Origin: Solirubrobacteraceae bacterium
GTDB lineage: Bacteria > Actinomycetota > Thermoleophilia > Solirubrobacterales > Solirubrobacteraceae
Assembly: GCA_050015915.1 (NCBI GenBank)
Contig: JBEKAM010000001.1
Coordinates: forward strand, 1 to 47,680
Direction: 5' to 3'
Length of the DNA stretch: 47,680 nucleotides
Below are positions 1 to 8,742 of this stretch, piece after piece. The notes below the pieces were generated by a model. It was given only the letters and a program-made list of their open reading frames with translations, had not been told where the DNA came from and did no database searches. The first letter of the stretch is position 1. Each line of letters starts with the position of its first letter. A program made the translations under genes and the position numbers.

Positions 1-155
1 AGTGCGACGCGCGCCACATCCGCCAACGCGAGTAGCAGCGGGATACCGATGATCACGCCGGCTACGCGCGCGGCGAGTGAGTGATCGCGGCGGAACGGTG
101 GCTCCATGCGCTGGTGGGTAGGCCCCCACGTCAGTTCATCTTTCCCGCTTGACAT
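1..155 (-). CDS. Partial hypothetical membrane protein, runs off the left edge
   Basis: Hand translation from ATG at 155: MSSGKDELTWGPTHQRMEPPFRRDHSLAARVAGVIIGIPLLLALADVARVA..., open to the window edge with a hydrophobic stretch. Confidence 0.45.
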   Translation of the reverse strand, partial: MSSGKDELTWGPTHQRMEPPFRRDHSLAARVAGVIIGIPLLLALADVARVA

Positions 156-177
156 GCGCCTCACCTTACAATAATCT
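149..177 (+). promoter_or_regulatory. Sigma70-type promoter for the wHTH-M48-xis-int run
   Basis: TTGACA (149-154), 17 nt spacer, TAATCT (172-177) in an AT-rich divergent intergenic region; AACATG repeated at 182-187 and 191-196. Confidence 0.5.
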
Positions 178-197
178 CCCTAACATGACAAACATGT

Positions 198-554
198 ATG
201 GGTTGGAGGGTGTTCGTGGCGCCGCGTAGAGCAGCGGGTCTCGGCGCGGTCCGCCAGATCCGCGCGGAACTGAAAGAGGCGACGAAGGAGCGCAAGGACC
301 TCGATCTGCGCATCAGGCGGCTGCGGGCAGCGGAAGCCGCGCTGTATGGAGGACGCAGCCCCAACGCGAAGGTCCTGCGCCGCGAGACGCTCGTCTCCTA
401 TCTGGCCGAGCATCCGGGTTCACGGAGCCTTGATATCGCTGATGCGCTCGGTGTCCCACCGGGTAGCGTGAGGACGCTGTTGAGCACGATGAAGAAATCC
501 GGCGAAGCCAGCAACGACAAACAGCGCTGGTATCTGCCGGGCCAGGACGACTAA
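198..554 (+). CDS. Coiled-coil plus winged-helix DNA-binding protein
   Basis: LVSYLAEHPGSRSLDIADALGVPPGSVRTLLSTMKKSG is wHTH-like; start may be GTG 216 after GGAGG. Confidence 0.65.
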   Translation: MGWRVFVAPRRAAGLGAVRQIRAELKEATKERKDLDLRIRRLRAAEAALYGGRSPNAKVLRRETLVSYLAEHPGSRSLDIADALGVPPGSVRTLLSTMKKSGEASNDKQRWYLPGQDD

Positions 555-567
555 CAAGGAGGGCATT

Positions 568-1449
568 GTGGAGGGCGCACGGATGAGCACGAGCACCACG
601 ACACGCGGATGGGTCTCCCAGTCACCAGCGATCGTGCTCTACGCGATCACGCTCGCCGGCCAGCTCCTCGGCGCGATCGCACGGGCGCTGATCACCGCGA
701 CCCTGCTGGAGATCGTTGGTCTTTTCACGGGCTGGCAGATCCCGATCAACCCAATCGCCCTGACCGTAGCGTTCGCTCCCCTAGCGATCTCGTTGCTGAG
801 CGTGCTGTGCCCCGTGTTGATCGCGCCGATCGACGGACGCTGGTGGGAGATGAGCACCGGCGGGCGTCCACCCGAGCCCGACGAGCGCGAAGCATTCCAG
901 GAAGCCTTCAGCGAACTGCAGGACGTTGACCCGACGCTGCGCCCGCCACGCCACTGGTTCGTCGCTGAAGAGCCCGGACGTAACGCCGCCGCCTACTCCT
1001 CCTCGCTACGCGTCGACCGCGGGCTCCTTGAAAGCCCCTACGCCGCCGCCGTCATCGCACACGAGATGGGACACCTACGCACCAGTGATGCGCACCTCAC
1101 AAGCGCACTGAACCTCATGCTCATCAGACCCATGCACACCCCCGAATTTCATCCCCTGTGGTCGCTACCGTTCAGGGGCCTGTTGTGGTTCGCGTCCGGC
1201 CAGGCAGTGCTGTGGCTGACCGCGAACACCTGGGAGATGTACTGGCGCTCACGCGAGTTCGCCGCCGACGAATACGCCGCCCGCCTCGGACAAGCACACG
1301 CCCTCGCACAATCACTCACCAGCGAATCACTCCCCTACGAGCGCTCGATCCCCGGCATGCGGTTCTCCCGCGCGACACACCCCTACACAAAGCCCCGCAT
1401 CGCACGCCTACAAGCACACCCCACACCACACGAAAGAGAACACCAATGA
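568..1449 (+). CDS. M48 family (HtpX-like) membrane zinc metallopeptidase
   Basis: N-terminal TM helices, AHEMGH zincin motif, REFAADEYA, C-terminal THPYTKPRIARL; AGGAGG upstream; alternative start ATG 583. Confidence 0.85.
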   Translation: MEGARMSTSTTTRGWVSQSPAIVLYAITLAGQLLGAIARALITATLLEIVGLFTGWQIPINPIALTVAFAPLAISLLSVLCPVLIAPIDGRWWEMSTGGRPPEPDEREAFQEAFSELQDVDPTLRPPRHWFVAEEPGRNAAAYSSSLRVDRGLLESPYAAAVIAHEMGHLRTSDAHLTSALNLMLIRPMHTPEFHPLWSLPFRGLLWFASGQAVLWLTANTWEMYWRSREFAADEYAARLGQAHALAQSLTSESLPYERSIPGMRFSRATHPYTKPRIARLQAHPTPHEREHQ

Positions 1450-1889
1450 CCGCCCCGACACGCCGCCACGGGCTCGCCGCCGCACGCCGCATCGCCGTCG
1501 AGCTCACCCCCCAAACCGTCGAGCAAATCGCCACACGCGTCGCACAACTCATGCACCACCAACAAACAAGCCCCACAGGCACGCCCGGGTGGATGACCGC
1601 CAAGGAGCTCGCCGCGCACCTCAAAATCAACCCCGCATGGGTCTACGAACACGCCCAAGAGCTCGGCGCGATCCGCACCGGCACCGGACCAAAGGCCCGC
1701 ATCCGCTTCGACCTACACACCGCCACCCAAGCACTCAAACACCAACAGCCAGCGACGGCGACGACGCGTCGCAAGCCCACACCGCGCCCCACGCCCTACC
1801 CCACCGACGCGCCGCTGCTCGAGATCCGTCGGCGCGAGATGCGCGTGCGGTCGTGTTTCGGGCCGCGACGCAGAGTGGGGGTCCACTGA
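1446..1889 (+). CDS. Excisionase-like HTH protein
   Basis: ATG 1446 overlaps the M48 stop (ATGA); WMTAKELAAHLKINPAWVYE...RIRFD is Xis/MerR-type HTH; directly upstream of the integrase. Confidence 0.75.
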   Translation: MTAPTRRHGLAAARRIAVELTPQTVEQIATRVAQLMHHQQTSPTGTPGWMTAKELAAHLKINPAWVYEHAQELGAIRTGTGPKARIRFDLHTATQALKHQQPATATTRRKPTPRPTPYPTDAPLLEIRRREMRVRSCFGPRRRVGVH

Positions 1890-3556
1890 TGGCTCCGACA
1901 TCCGGGGGCGGTATCACCGCCGAAACGCGCACGGACGGCACGCTCACCTTTCGCCTGCGCTTCCGCGCTCAGGGCAAGCGCCGGACGGTCTGTCTGCACG
2001 AGCGTCGCGACTGCGACTGCGGCTGCAGGGGCGGTTGGAACGAGCGGACCGCCGCCGTCGAGCTCGAGAACATCCTCGCCCGAGTCAAGGCCGGCGTGTG
2101 GAAGGCGCCGCAACGACAGCGGCCGCCCGATGCCATCGCAAACAGCGAGGCGCCGACGTTCCACGTGTACAGCTCGAACTGGCTGCAAGCCAAGATCGAC
2201 GGTGTGCTCGGGGAGCGGCCACTCGACACCAGCACACAGTCCGACTACCGCTGGCGGCTGCAGTGCCACCTGCTGCCGATCTGCGCCGACTACCGCATGG
2301 ATGAGATCGACCGCAAGCTCTGCCTGGCGGTCAAGACACGCCTACTGAGCGAAGCGAAGGAGCTCCGCGAAGAGATCGAAGCTGGAGCGGTGATCCGCGA
2401 CCAGCGGGGCAGACGCAGGGTCCCCCTCGGCCCATCCTCGATCCGCAAGGTAATCGATCTGCTCGCGATGATCCTCGAGGACGCCGTCGAGGACGGCCAT
2501 CTCGATCACAACCCCGCCCGGGGCAAGCGCATGCGCGTCAGGGTGCCGAAGCCAAGCCGCACGTTCCTGGAGATCGACGAGCTCGCCGCACTCATCGACG
2601 CGGCCGCCGGACAGGACATCGCGCTCGGGCAGATCCCCGCGCCCGCGGAGCTCGGCCTCACAGCCGCAATGGTCGCCCAGCTGTTCGCGCAGGGCAAACA
2701 GCCGAGCCAGATCGCAAAGCAGCTCGGGCTCGCGAAGTCCACCGTCGCCTACCACCTCTCGCGGCTCGGCCTGAAGGCGGGGCGTGGCTACGTCGGGCGA
2801 CGAGTCGTTATCGAGGTACTGGGGCGCTCAGGCGTGCGAGCAAGCGAGCTGTGCGACATCAAGATCGGTCACCTGCGCCTGCACGACCCCGCCGGCGCCC
2901 GCTTTCACATCCCCGACGCCAAGACCGAGAGCGGCATCCGCGAGGTACAAATGTCGCTCGACCTCGTCGAGACGATCGTTGAGCACCTCGATCGCCTGCA
3001 GCGCACCGGAGCCCCCACCGGGCCAGATGACTACCTGGTCCCGAACCTGCGCGGCGGAAGGATGGACCGCCAGCGGGTCGGCGAGATCGTCGGCGAGGCG
3101 GCCACCCGCGCCAGCGAGCTGCTCACCGCACGAGGTCTACCGTCGCTGCCGAACACCACGCCGCACACGCTCAGGCGCACGTACATCTCGATCGCCCTGT
3201 TGGCTAACAGCTTCGACGTGAAGTGGGTCATGGACCAGGTCGGCCACGCCGACTCGAAGATGACGATGGACGTCTACGCACAGCTGCAGCAGCGCGCCAA
3301 GCGCGACCACGGCGCCCACTTCGACGAGCTCGTGCGCCAGGCGCGCGTGCAGCTGCGCACGCCTGAGGAGACCGCCTCAAACGGGCTGATTGGGACGGCG
3401 ATTGGGACGGGAAGCCAAAAATCGCCGATTTCGGCTCCGGATCGCGCGCTGGCCGACGATCAAAAACATGCCTCTGAGCAGGCAAAAAGTGCTATGGCGA
3501 GACCGGGATTCGAACCCGGGACACCACGATTTTCAGTCGTGTGCTCTACCAACTGA
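1889..3556 (+). CDS. Tyrosine recombinase/integrase with an inserted HTH
   Basis: ATG 1889 overlaps the upstream TGA; catalytic motifs GVRASE, DAKT, HTLRR, VGHAD, DVY; ORF reads through the antisense tRNA-Phe. Confidence 0.92.
   Translation: MAPTSGGGITAETRTDGTLTFRLRFRAQGKRRTVCLHERRDCDCGCRGGWNERTAAVELENILARVKAGVWKAPQRQRPPDAIANSEAPTFHVYSSNWLQAKIDGVLGERPLDTSTQSDYRWRLQCHLLPICADYRMDEIDRKLCLAVKTRLLSEAKELREEIEAGAVIRDQRGRRRVPLGPSSIRKVIDLLAMILEDAVEDGHLDHNPARGKRMRVRVPKPSRTFLEIDELAALIDAAAGQDIALGQIPAPAELGLTAAMVAQLFAQGKQPSQIAKQLGLAKSTVAYHLSRLGLKAGRGYVGRRVVIEVLGRSGVRASELCDIKIGHLRLHDPAGARFHIPDAKTESGIREVQMSLDLVETIVEHLDRLQRTGAPTGPDDYLVPNLRGGRMDRQRVGEIVGEAATRASELLTARGLPSLPNTTPHTLRRTYISIALLANSFDVKWVMDQVGHADSKMTMDVYAQLQQRAKRDHGAHFDELVRQARVQLRTPEETASNGLIGTAIGTGSQKSPISAPDRALADDQKHASEQAKSAMARPGFEPGTPRFSVVCSTN
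3388..3410 (+). repeat. Tandem direct repeat GATTGGGACGG x2, probable integrase arm-type sites
   Basis: Exact 11-mer at 3388-3398 and 3400-3410, about 85 nt from the tRNA 3' end. Confidence 0.6.
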
Positions 3557-3567
3557 GCTATCTCGCC
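3495..3567 (-). tRNA. tRNA-Phe (GAA)
   Basis: GGCGAGATAGCTCAGTTGGTAGAGCACACGACTGAAAATCGTGGTGTCCCGGGTTCGAATCCCGGTCTCGCCA; full cloverleaf, anticodon GAA, CCA not encoded. Confidence 0.98.
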
Positions 3568-3638
3568 GCAACACTCGATGCTACCGGCTAGCCGGCTCTA
3601 CGCGGACTGTCGGGCCTCGCCGTGCATGAACGCCGCGG

Positions 3639-4652
3639 CTACGCTTCCCAAGCTTCCAGATACGGCAGCGGGTTGATCGGGTGACCGCCGGCAGCCTGCC
3701 AGCCCCCCACCCACATCTCGAAGTCCAGGTGCGGTGCGGTCGCATCGCCTGTCTGCCCGGCCCTACACAGCGCCTGTCCTGCGGCGACAGCCTGGCCGGT
3801 ACTGACCGCGAGCGAGCTCGCCTGACAGTGAGCGAACATGAAGTCGAAGCCGATCGCTGTTTCCTCAACCGCGTAGTAGCCCGCGCCGGCTTCCTGGTAG
3901 CTGGTCGTGAGGATCGTCCCCGCCAGCGGCACCACCACGGGCGTGCCTTCCGCGGTGAGGATGTCCTGCCCCTGGTGCAGGTAGCCGCCACGGGGAGCAC
4001 CGAACACGTTTTCCGGGCCTCCGAAGTTGTGAGTGCCAGCGACTGGGAACACTGCGCCGTCAGCAACAGTCTGTGCGACCGTCGGCACGCCTGCTTCCGC
4101 GACTGGGGGCGGAATGGGCGCTGAAGGGGCAACAGGCGCTGGTGTCTCGACAGGAGCCGGTGCATCGACCGTCAAGTCCGCCATGCCTGATGTGTGCGCG
4201 CCGCGCCTCAAGGTCGCCCCACGGCGATCGTGCGCGTTCACGCTCACCTGATAGCTACCCGGCGTGAGCATCGTGTTGGACGGCCACGTGACCGTCAGCG
4301 TCCGGCCTGTGCGTATCCAGCCGAGGTTGGCCACCACCACGGGCTTGTGCGTCGACAGTGCGTCAACGGCCACTTGGACATCGACACTTGCCACTCCAGG
4401 CTCGTTCACTCGCAGCGACACTCGCGGCGATCGCCCGGCAATGATCGTCTTGGGGACACTGAGGAGCGCCACGACCGGGCGCGAAGAACTTGCCGCACCC
4501 ACAGCCGCCTCCCGGCCACCGGCCGCCGCCTGCGAGGAGGACGGTGCTTGCACGCCACCAGGCGTATCCGTCACCGCCCACGCCGTCGCGCTGCCACCCA
4601 GCAACGCAAGCGTCGCCAAGACGGGCGAAGCCGCCACGCGGACCCATCTCAT
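3639..4652 (-). CDS. Secreted M23 family peptidase
   Basis: Signal peptide from MRWVRV; HQGQD (HxxxD) and PHLDFE (HxH variant); C-terminal INPLPYL. Confidence 0.85.
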   Translation of the reverse strand: MRWVRVAASPVLATLALLGGSATAWAVTDTPGGVQAPSSSQAAAGGREAAVGAASSSRPVVALLSVPKTIIAGRSPRVSLRVNEPGVASVDVQVAVDALSTHKPVVVANLGWIRTGRTLTVTWPSNTMLTPGSYQVSVNAHDRRGATLRRGAHTSGMADLTVDAPAPVETPAPVAPSAPIPPPVAEAGVPTVAQTVADGAVFPVAGTHNFGGPENVFGAPRGGYLHQGQDILTAEGTPVVVPLAGTILTTSYQEAGAGYYAVEETAIGFDFMFAHCQASSLAVSTGQAVAAGQALCRAGQTGDATAPHLDFEMWVGGWQAAGGHPINPLPYLEAWEA

Positions 4653-4720
4653 ACTGCAGTAGTCGGCTAGCGCATCGCCGACAGGAGGCGTGCGCCAGCA
4701 ATTGCACATCTGTCCGAGCC

Positions 4721-5650
4721 CTACTTGTTCTCGAATTCCTCCACGAGTGCCTCGTACGTCAGCCTCAGCCCCTCCGAGATGGGCACCTCTGGGCGCCAGC
4801 CAAGCTCCCGCTCGGCGCGACTGATGTCCAGACGGCTGTGCGTCAGCTCGCCCGGGCGCAGGTCGGCGAGCTCCGGCTCGATCTGCTTGCCTGCTGCCTT
4901 GCTCAGCTCGCTCCACACGGTCGCCACGTCCGTCTCGACGCTCGTGGCGATGTTGTACGTGCCCGAGCGTCCCGACGCGGTAAGCAGCGCGCTGACGACG
5001 TCGCCCACATACACGTAGTCGCGGGTAGGCGTGCCGTGCCCGTACAGCTTGGGCACCTTGCCTGTGTATAGGTGGTTGGAGAAGATCGCCACCACGCCCG
5101 CCTCCCCGTGAGGGCTTTGACGGGGGCCGTACACGTTGCCCAGCCGGCACACCGCGTGGGGGATACCAGACGAAAGCGACCACGTGTTCACGTACGCCTC
5201 AGCCGCCCACTTGGACGCGCCGTATGGGGACAGCGGTGCGGGGATGCGGTCCTCGGGGGTGGGCATAGGCGCGGCGTCCCCATACAGCGCGCCACCAGTG
5301 GAGGTGAACACCACCGGCGCCTCACACCGTCCCGCCGACTCGAGCACATTGAGCGTGCCGCGCACGTTGACTTCGCAGTCCAGACCCGGGTTATCGACGG
5401 ACACGACCACGCTCGACTGCGCTGCCAGGTGGAAGATTGCGCGCGGCTTCACCTCCGCGATCAGCGCATCGAGGGCGGGCGCATCGACGATGTCCAGCTC
5501 CACAAGCCTCGCTGCGTCGGCCACCCTGGCGGCATCGCCGGAGGAAAGGTTGTCGATCACCGTCACCTCGTAGCCGTCCGCGAGCAGCGCGTCGACTACG
5601 TGTGAGCCAATGAAACCGGCGCCGCCGGTGACGATCGCGCGAGAGGTCAT
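4721..5650 (-). CDS. NAD-dependent epimerase/dehydratase (UDP-glucose 4-epimerase-like)
   Basis: GGAGFIG, YGASK, NVYGPRQ, RDYVYV; -10 TAGATT 7 nt upstream of ATG suggests a leaderless mRNA. Confidence 0.92.
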   Translation of the reverse strand: MTSRAIVTGGAGFIGSHVVDALLADGYEVTVIDNLSSGDAARVADAARLVELDIVDAPALDALIAEVKPRAIFHLAAQSSVVVSVDNPGLDCEVNVRGTLNVLESAGRCEAPVVFTSTGGALYGDAAPMPTPEDRIPAPLSPYGASKWAAEAYVNTWSLSSGIPHAVCRLGNVYGPRQSPHGEAGVVAIFSNHLYTGKVPKLYGHGTPTRDYVYVGDVVSALLTASGRSGTYNIATSVETDVATVWSELSKAAGKQIEPELADLRPGELTHSRLDISRAERELGWRPEVPISEGLRLTYEALVEEFENK

Positions 5651-5660
5651 GCCCGGGAAT

Positions 5661-7208
5661 CTATACGGACGCAGTCGAAGCGGCGGTGGCGAGCAGATCT
5701 TCTACCGCTTCCACCGACTCGTCGATGCGCTCGAGCACGCGCATACCGCTGCGCTCGCGTGGCAGGCTGCCGCCCACCGCCGGGCCGCCGAGCACGATTG
5801 GGAGATCCGGGCGGTTCGAGCGCAGGTCCCGCAGCGCCAGCTCCACCGATTCAGCGGCAGTGGACACCGTGGCGCCGACGACGATCAGATCGGGGGATTG
5901 GCTGTCGACCATCTCCATTAGCCGCTGTGCGGAGAGGTCGGTGTCGAAGATCGTGTGGAAGCCGGCTGCGGCGAGCTGGTCGTGGACCATCTGCAGCCCC
6001 AGCGTGTGCTCGTCGCCTTCGACGCCCGCCAAAAGCACGCGCTCACGCGTCGGCTCAGTCGAACCTGTCATGTAGCGGTACAAGGTGGCAAGTACGCGCC
6101 GCGTGATGGTGGTCGCGCGATGCTCGCGGTCGGCGTCGATCTGGCCTGCTTCAGAGAGCACGTTGATGCGCCGCAGCGCCGGCCCGATGACCTCCGCGTG
6201 CAGCGTCGTTGGCGTGACGCCGTCCTCGATGGCCGTCGCGATCGCACCCTCGGCCATCTCTGCGTCGCCGCGTTCGAGCGCCGTAGCGAATGTCTCCAGC
6301 GTGCTCTCCACGAGCGCAGCGGGGTCTGAGCGAAGCTGTTCGCGGGCATCGGGCCCGGAGCGTCCGAGTACTTCCATGAACGCGTCAAGCAGGACCGGGT
6401 CGAAGTGGCGTCCACGCTGTTCGCGCATCATCTGCACCGCGTCCTCGACGGAGAAAGCCTTGCGGTAGACACGGTCGCTGGTGAGCGCGTCGAACACGTC
6501 CGCCACTGCCACGATGCGACCCTCGATTGGGATCGCCTCGCCCTTCAGGCCTCGCGGGTAGCCGGTGCCGTCCCACTTCTCCTGGTGGCTGAGCGCAATC
6601 GTCGCTGCCATGTCGAGGATCGAGGAGGACGAGCCGCGCACGAGGCGGTGGCCCTCCTCGGCGTGCGTCTCAACGATCGCGCGCTCCTCGGGCGTGAGCG
6701 GACCGGGCTTGAGCAGGATCGCGTCCGGAATGGCGACCTTGCCGACGTCGTGCAGGGGCGCGGCGTGCCGCAGGCGCTCACAGAAGTCGGAGTCCATGCC
6801 GATGTGTTCGGCCAGCAGCACCGAGAAGCGACCAATGCGCTCGATGTGCGCACCGGTGTCCTCGTCTCTGAACTCGACCGCCATCGACAGTCGCTGCACG
6901 GTCTCGGCTTGGGCGATCTCGAGCTCTGAAAGAGCGCGTTTGAGCTCGCTGGTGCGGTGCTCGATCTCGTCCTCCAGCGACGCCTTGGCGTTCTCTCCCA
7001 TGCGCCAGCCGAACGCGATCGCCGCACAAGCGAGCACCACCAGGCAGCCGCTCACCAACAGCGACGCACCGGCGATCACCGCCCCGGCAACTGCCGCCAC
7101 GGCGAGTACAGCCCATGGCAGAAGCGCCACGGCCGGATTGCGACGCTTGGAGCGCCTGCGGGGTGGTCGTCCGCTGGGCCCGCTCTGCATCACGCCACGC
7201 CTACGCAT
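5661..7208 (-). CDS. Membrane-anchored HD-GYP phosphodiesterase fused to a B12-binding domain
   Basis: Two TM helices, coiled coil, HDVGK and HQEKWDGTGYP, then REH helical cap and GDEHTLG Rossmann motif; start uncertain (7190, 7208 or 7310). Confidence 0.85.
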   Translation of the reverse strand: MRRRGVMQSGPSGRPPRRRSKRRNPAVALLPWAVLAVAAVAGAVIAGASLLVSGCLVVLACAAIAFGWRMGENAKASLEDEIEHRTSELKRALSELEIAQAETVQRLSMAVEFRDEDTGAHIERIGRFSVLLAEHIGMDSDFCERLRHAAPLHDVGKVAIPDAILLKPGPLTPEERAIVETHAEEGHRLVRGSSSSILDMAATIALSHQEKWDGTGYPRGLKGEAIPIEGRIVAVADVFDALTSDRVYRKAFSVEDAVQMMREQRGRHFDPVLLDAFMEVLGRSGPDAREQLRSDPAALVESTLETFATALERGDAEMAEGAIATAIEDGVTPTTLHAEVIGPALRRINVLSEAGQIDADREHRATTITRRVLATLYRYMTGSTEPTRERVLLAGVEGDEHTLGLQMVHDQLAAAGFHTIFDTDLSAQRLMEMVDSQSPDLIVVGATVSTAAESVELALRDLRSNRPDLPIVLGGPAVGGSLPRERSGMRVLERIDESVEAVEDLLATAASTASV

Positions 7209-7429
7209 CAGGGCACCTATCCGCGCATGCGGATCGTCGCCCGGGGTAGCACGAGCTGACCCGGGCTCTGCGGGTCGCCGAAGAAGGCTGGCTTGGATTG
7301 CACCTATCACTGAGAACTCTCGCGTCCGTGTCCGGTCCCAGGTTCGCGTCGTCGATCAGTCCATCGTTCGACGTCTGGAGTGTGCGGCTTGACCCGTGAT
7401 GAGAGCGGATAGACATATGGCCCAAGTGC

Positions 7430-8152
7430 TCAGCGAGCGCTCTGCAACTGGTCGATGTCGATGGCGCTGGTGGGCGGGAGCAGCGTTACGGGCTTGTTCC
7501 ACCTGTCGAAGACGATCTTGCCGGCGCCCGCCGCGGAGCCGGACTTGACGATCTCGAGTGGATATGGCGCGCCGTTGGCGGCGACATACAGGGTCCCGTC
7601 GTGTGCAGTGTCGCTCACCCCTATCGCCTTCTGGCCGTTGACCGTCGTGGTGCCCGCGCTCGTCAGCGGCCCGTGATCCTGAAGCGTGCTTTCGATCACC
7701 TTGCTCAGGTTGGCAAGCGAGGCAAACGACGCCAGCGGCCCATGCTCAGCTGAGCCCCGCAGCCATTTCCCATGCAGCAGGCGAGCGGCTTTCGCACCGG
7801 CGAAATGGGTGTAGAAGGCGTCGTTGCCCTTTACGTACACGGCTTTGTCGATCGCGATCAACTTGATCCCCAAACCCCCCAGCGTCAGCTGCCCCCGACC
7901 GCCGTTGTCGCCGACGCCGTTCTTTCCAACGAGTTCCATATCGAGTGATATCGGCTTGCCTTCGCTGAGAATTGAGCCTGCAACGTGCACAGTCGCCGCG
8001 CCTGCAGCCGCGGATTTGCTCGCGGCGACGATCTCTGCGGGCGTCTTCGACGCGACACCGTTGCCCGAAGAGGACGTCGAGGAGCAGCCCGCGAGCACGA
8101 CAATGGCAAGCACGAGCGCAAGTGTCAAAGGAGACGCAAACCGGAAGCGCAT
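7430..8152 (-). CDS. Lipoprotein (LppX/LprAFG-like)
   Basis: Signal peptide with LAGC lipobox from ATG 8152; beta-rich body ending FDRWNKPVTLLPP. Confidence 0.75.
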   Translation of the reverse strand: MRFRFASPLTLALVLAIVVLAGCSSTSSSGNGVASKTPAEIVAASKSAAAGAATVHVAGSILSEGKPISLDMELVGKNGVGDNGGRGQLTLGGLGIKLIAIDKAVYVKGNDAFYTHFAGAKAARLLHGKWLRGSAEHGPLASFASLANLSKVIESTLQDHGPLTSAGTTTVNGQKAIGVSDTAHDGTLYVAANGAPYPLEIVKSGSAAGAGKIVFDRWNKPVTLLPPTSAIDIDQLQSAR

Positions 8153-8212
8153 CGCCGCTAACGACTCTATCCCGCTAACCAGCCAGCCCAAACGCCTGCC
8201 AGCCATCCTGCG

Positions 8213-8665
8213 TCAGGTCTTCTGGCCTACCAGCTCTTTGACGAAGCCCTTGCCGAGCACGCTGAGAACGAGCAACGAGCCAAACAGCACCACAGCGTCG
8301 ATGCTCTCGCGGCCCTGCTTGCTCCAGTAGTCGTCTTCGAGGTTGAGCCACAGGGCAAACTCATCGAGCGTCAACGCAGCGCCACTGCCATAGGCAATGG
8401 AGGTCCACCGCGACGCTCCGCGCTGCTCGTTAATGCCGATCTCCAACAGCCACAGATAGCCGACGCTCAGCAGACCTGTGATCCCGAAGGTCATGTGGTG
8501 GATGTGGCGCCCTCCCGGCGTGATGTTCTTGAACGGGCCCCGTTCGGCGCGGATCGCGTGTGTTATCCCGCGCACGGCCGCAAAGGTCACAAAGAATGAC
8601 CCCGTGGAGAGCAGCTGTCGCTCCTTGCGGCGATCGCTGAAATGCTTGCGGTACAGGGAACGCAT
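8213..8665 (-). CDS. Integral membrane protein of unknown function
   Basis: About 4 TM segments; HIHH and LTLDEFALWLNLEDDYW motifs. Confidence 0.75.
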   Translation of the reverse strand: MRSLYRKHFSDRRKERQLLSTGSFFVTFAAVRGITHAIRAERGPFKNITPGGRHIHHMTFGITGLLSVGYLWLLEIGINEQRGASRWTSIAYGSGAALTLDEFALWLNLEDDYWSKQGRESIDAVVLFGSLLVLSVLGKGFVKELVGQKT

Positions 8666-8742
8666 ATCCCACGACCATAGCGACCACAGCGTCTGTGAGA
8701 CTTCATCGGATGAACGTGGGGGGAGCCCAGGCGATTGTCGAG

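Larger units (their letters stand above)
1..3540. mobile_element. Right end of an integrative element (ICE/prophage-like island) inserted at the tRNA-Phe 3' end
   Basis: Xis-like HTH and tyrosine integrase abut the 3' end of tRNA-Phe; repeats resembling arm-type sites at 3388-3410; left boundary lies outside the window. Confidence 0.8.

Noticed and set aside
1589-1888. N-terminal 100 aa of the 655-aa integrase ORF
   Set aside because: Out-of-frame overlap with the Xis-like gene; ATG 1889, coupled to its stop, is the better start
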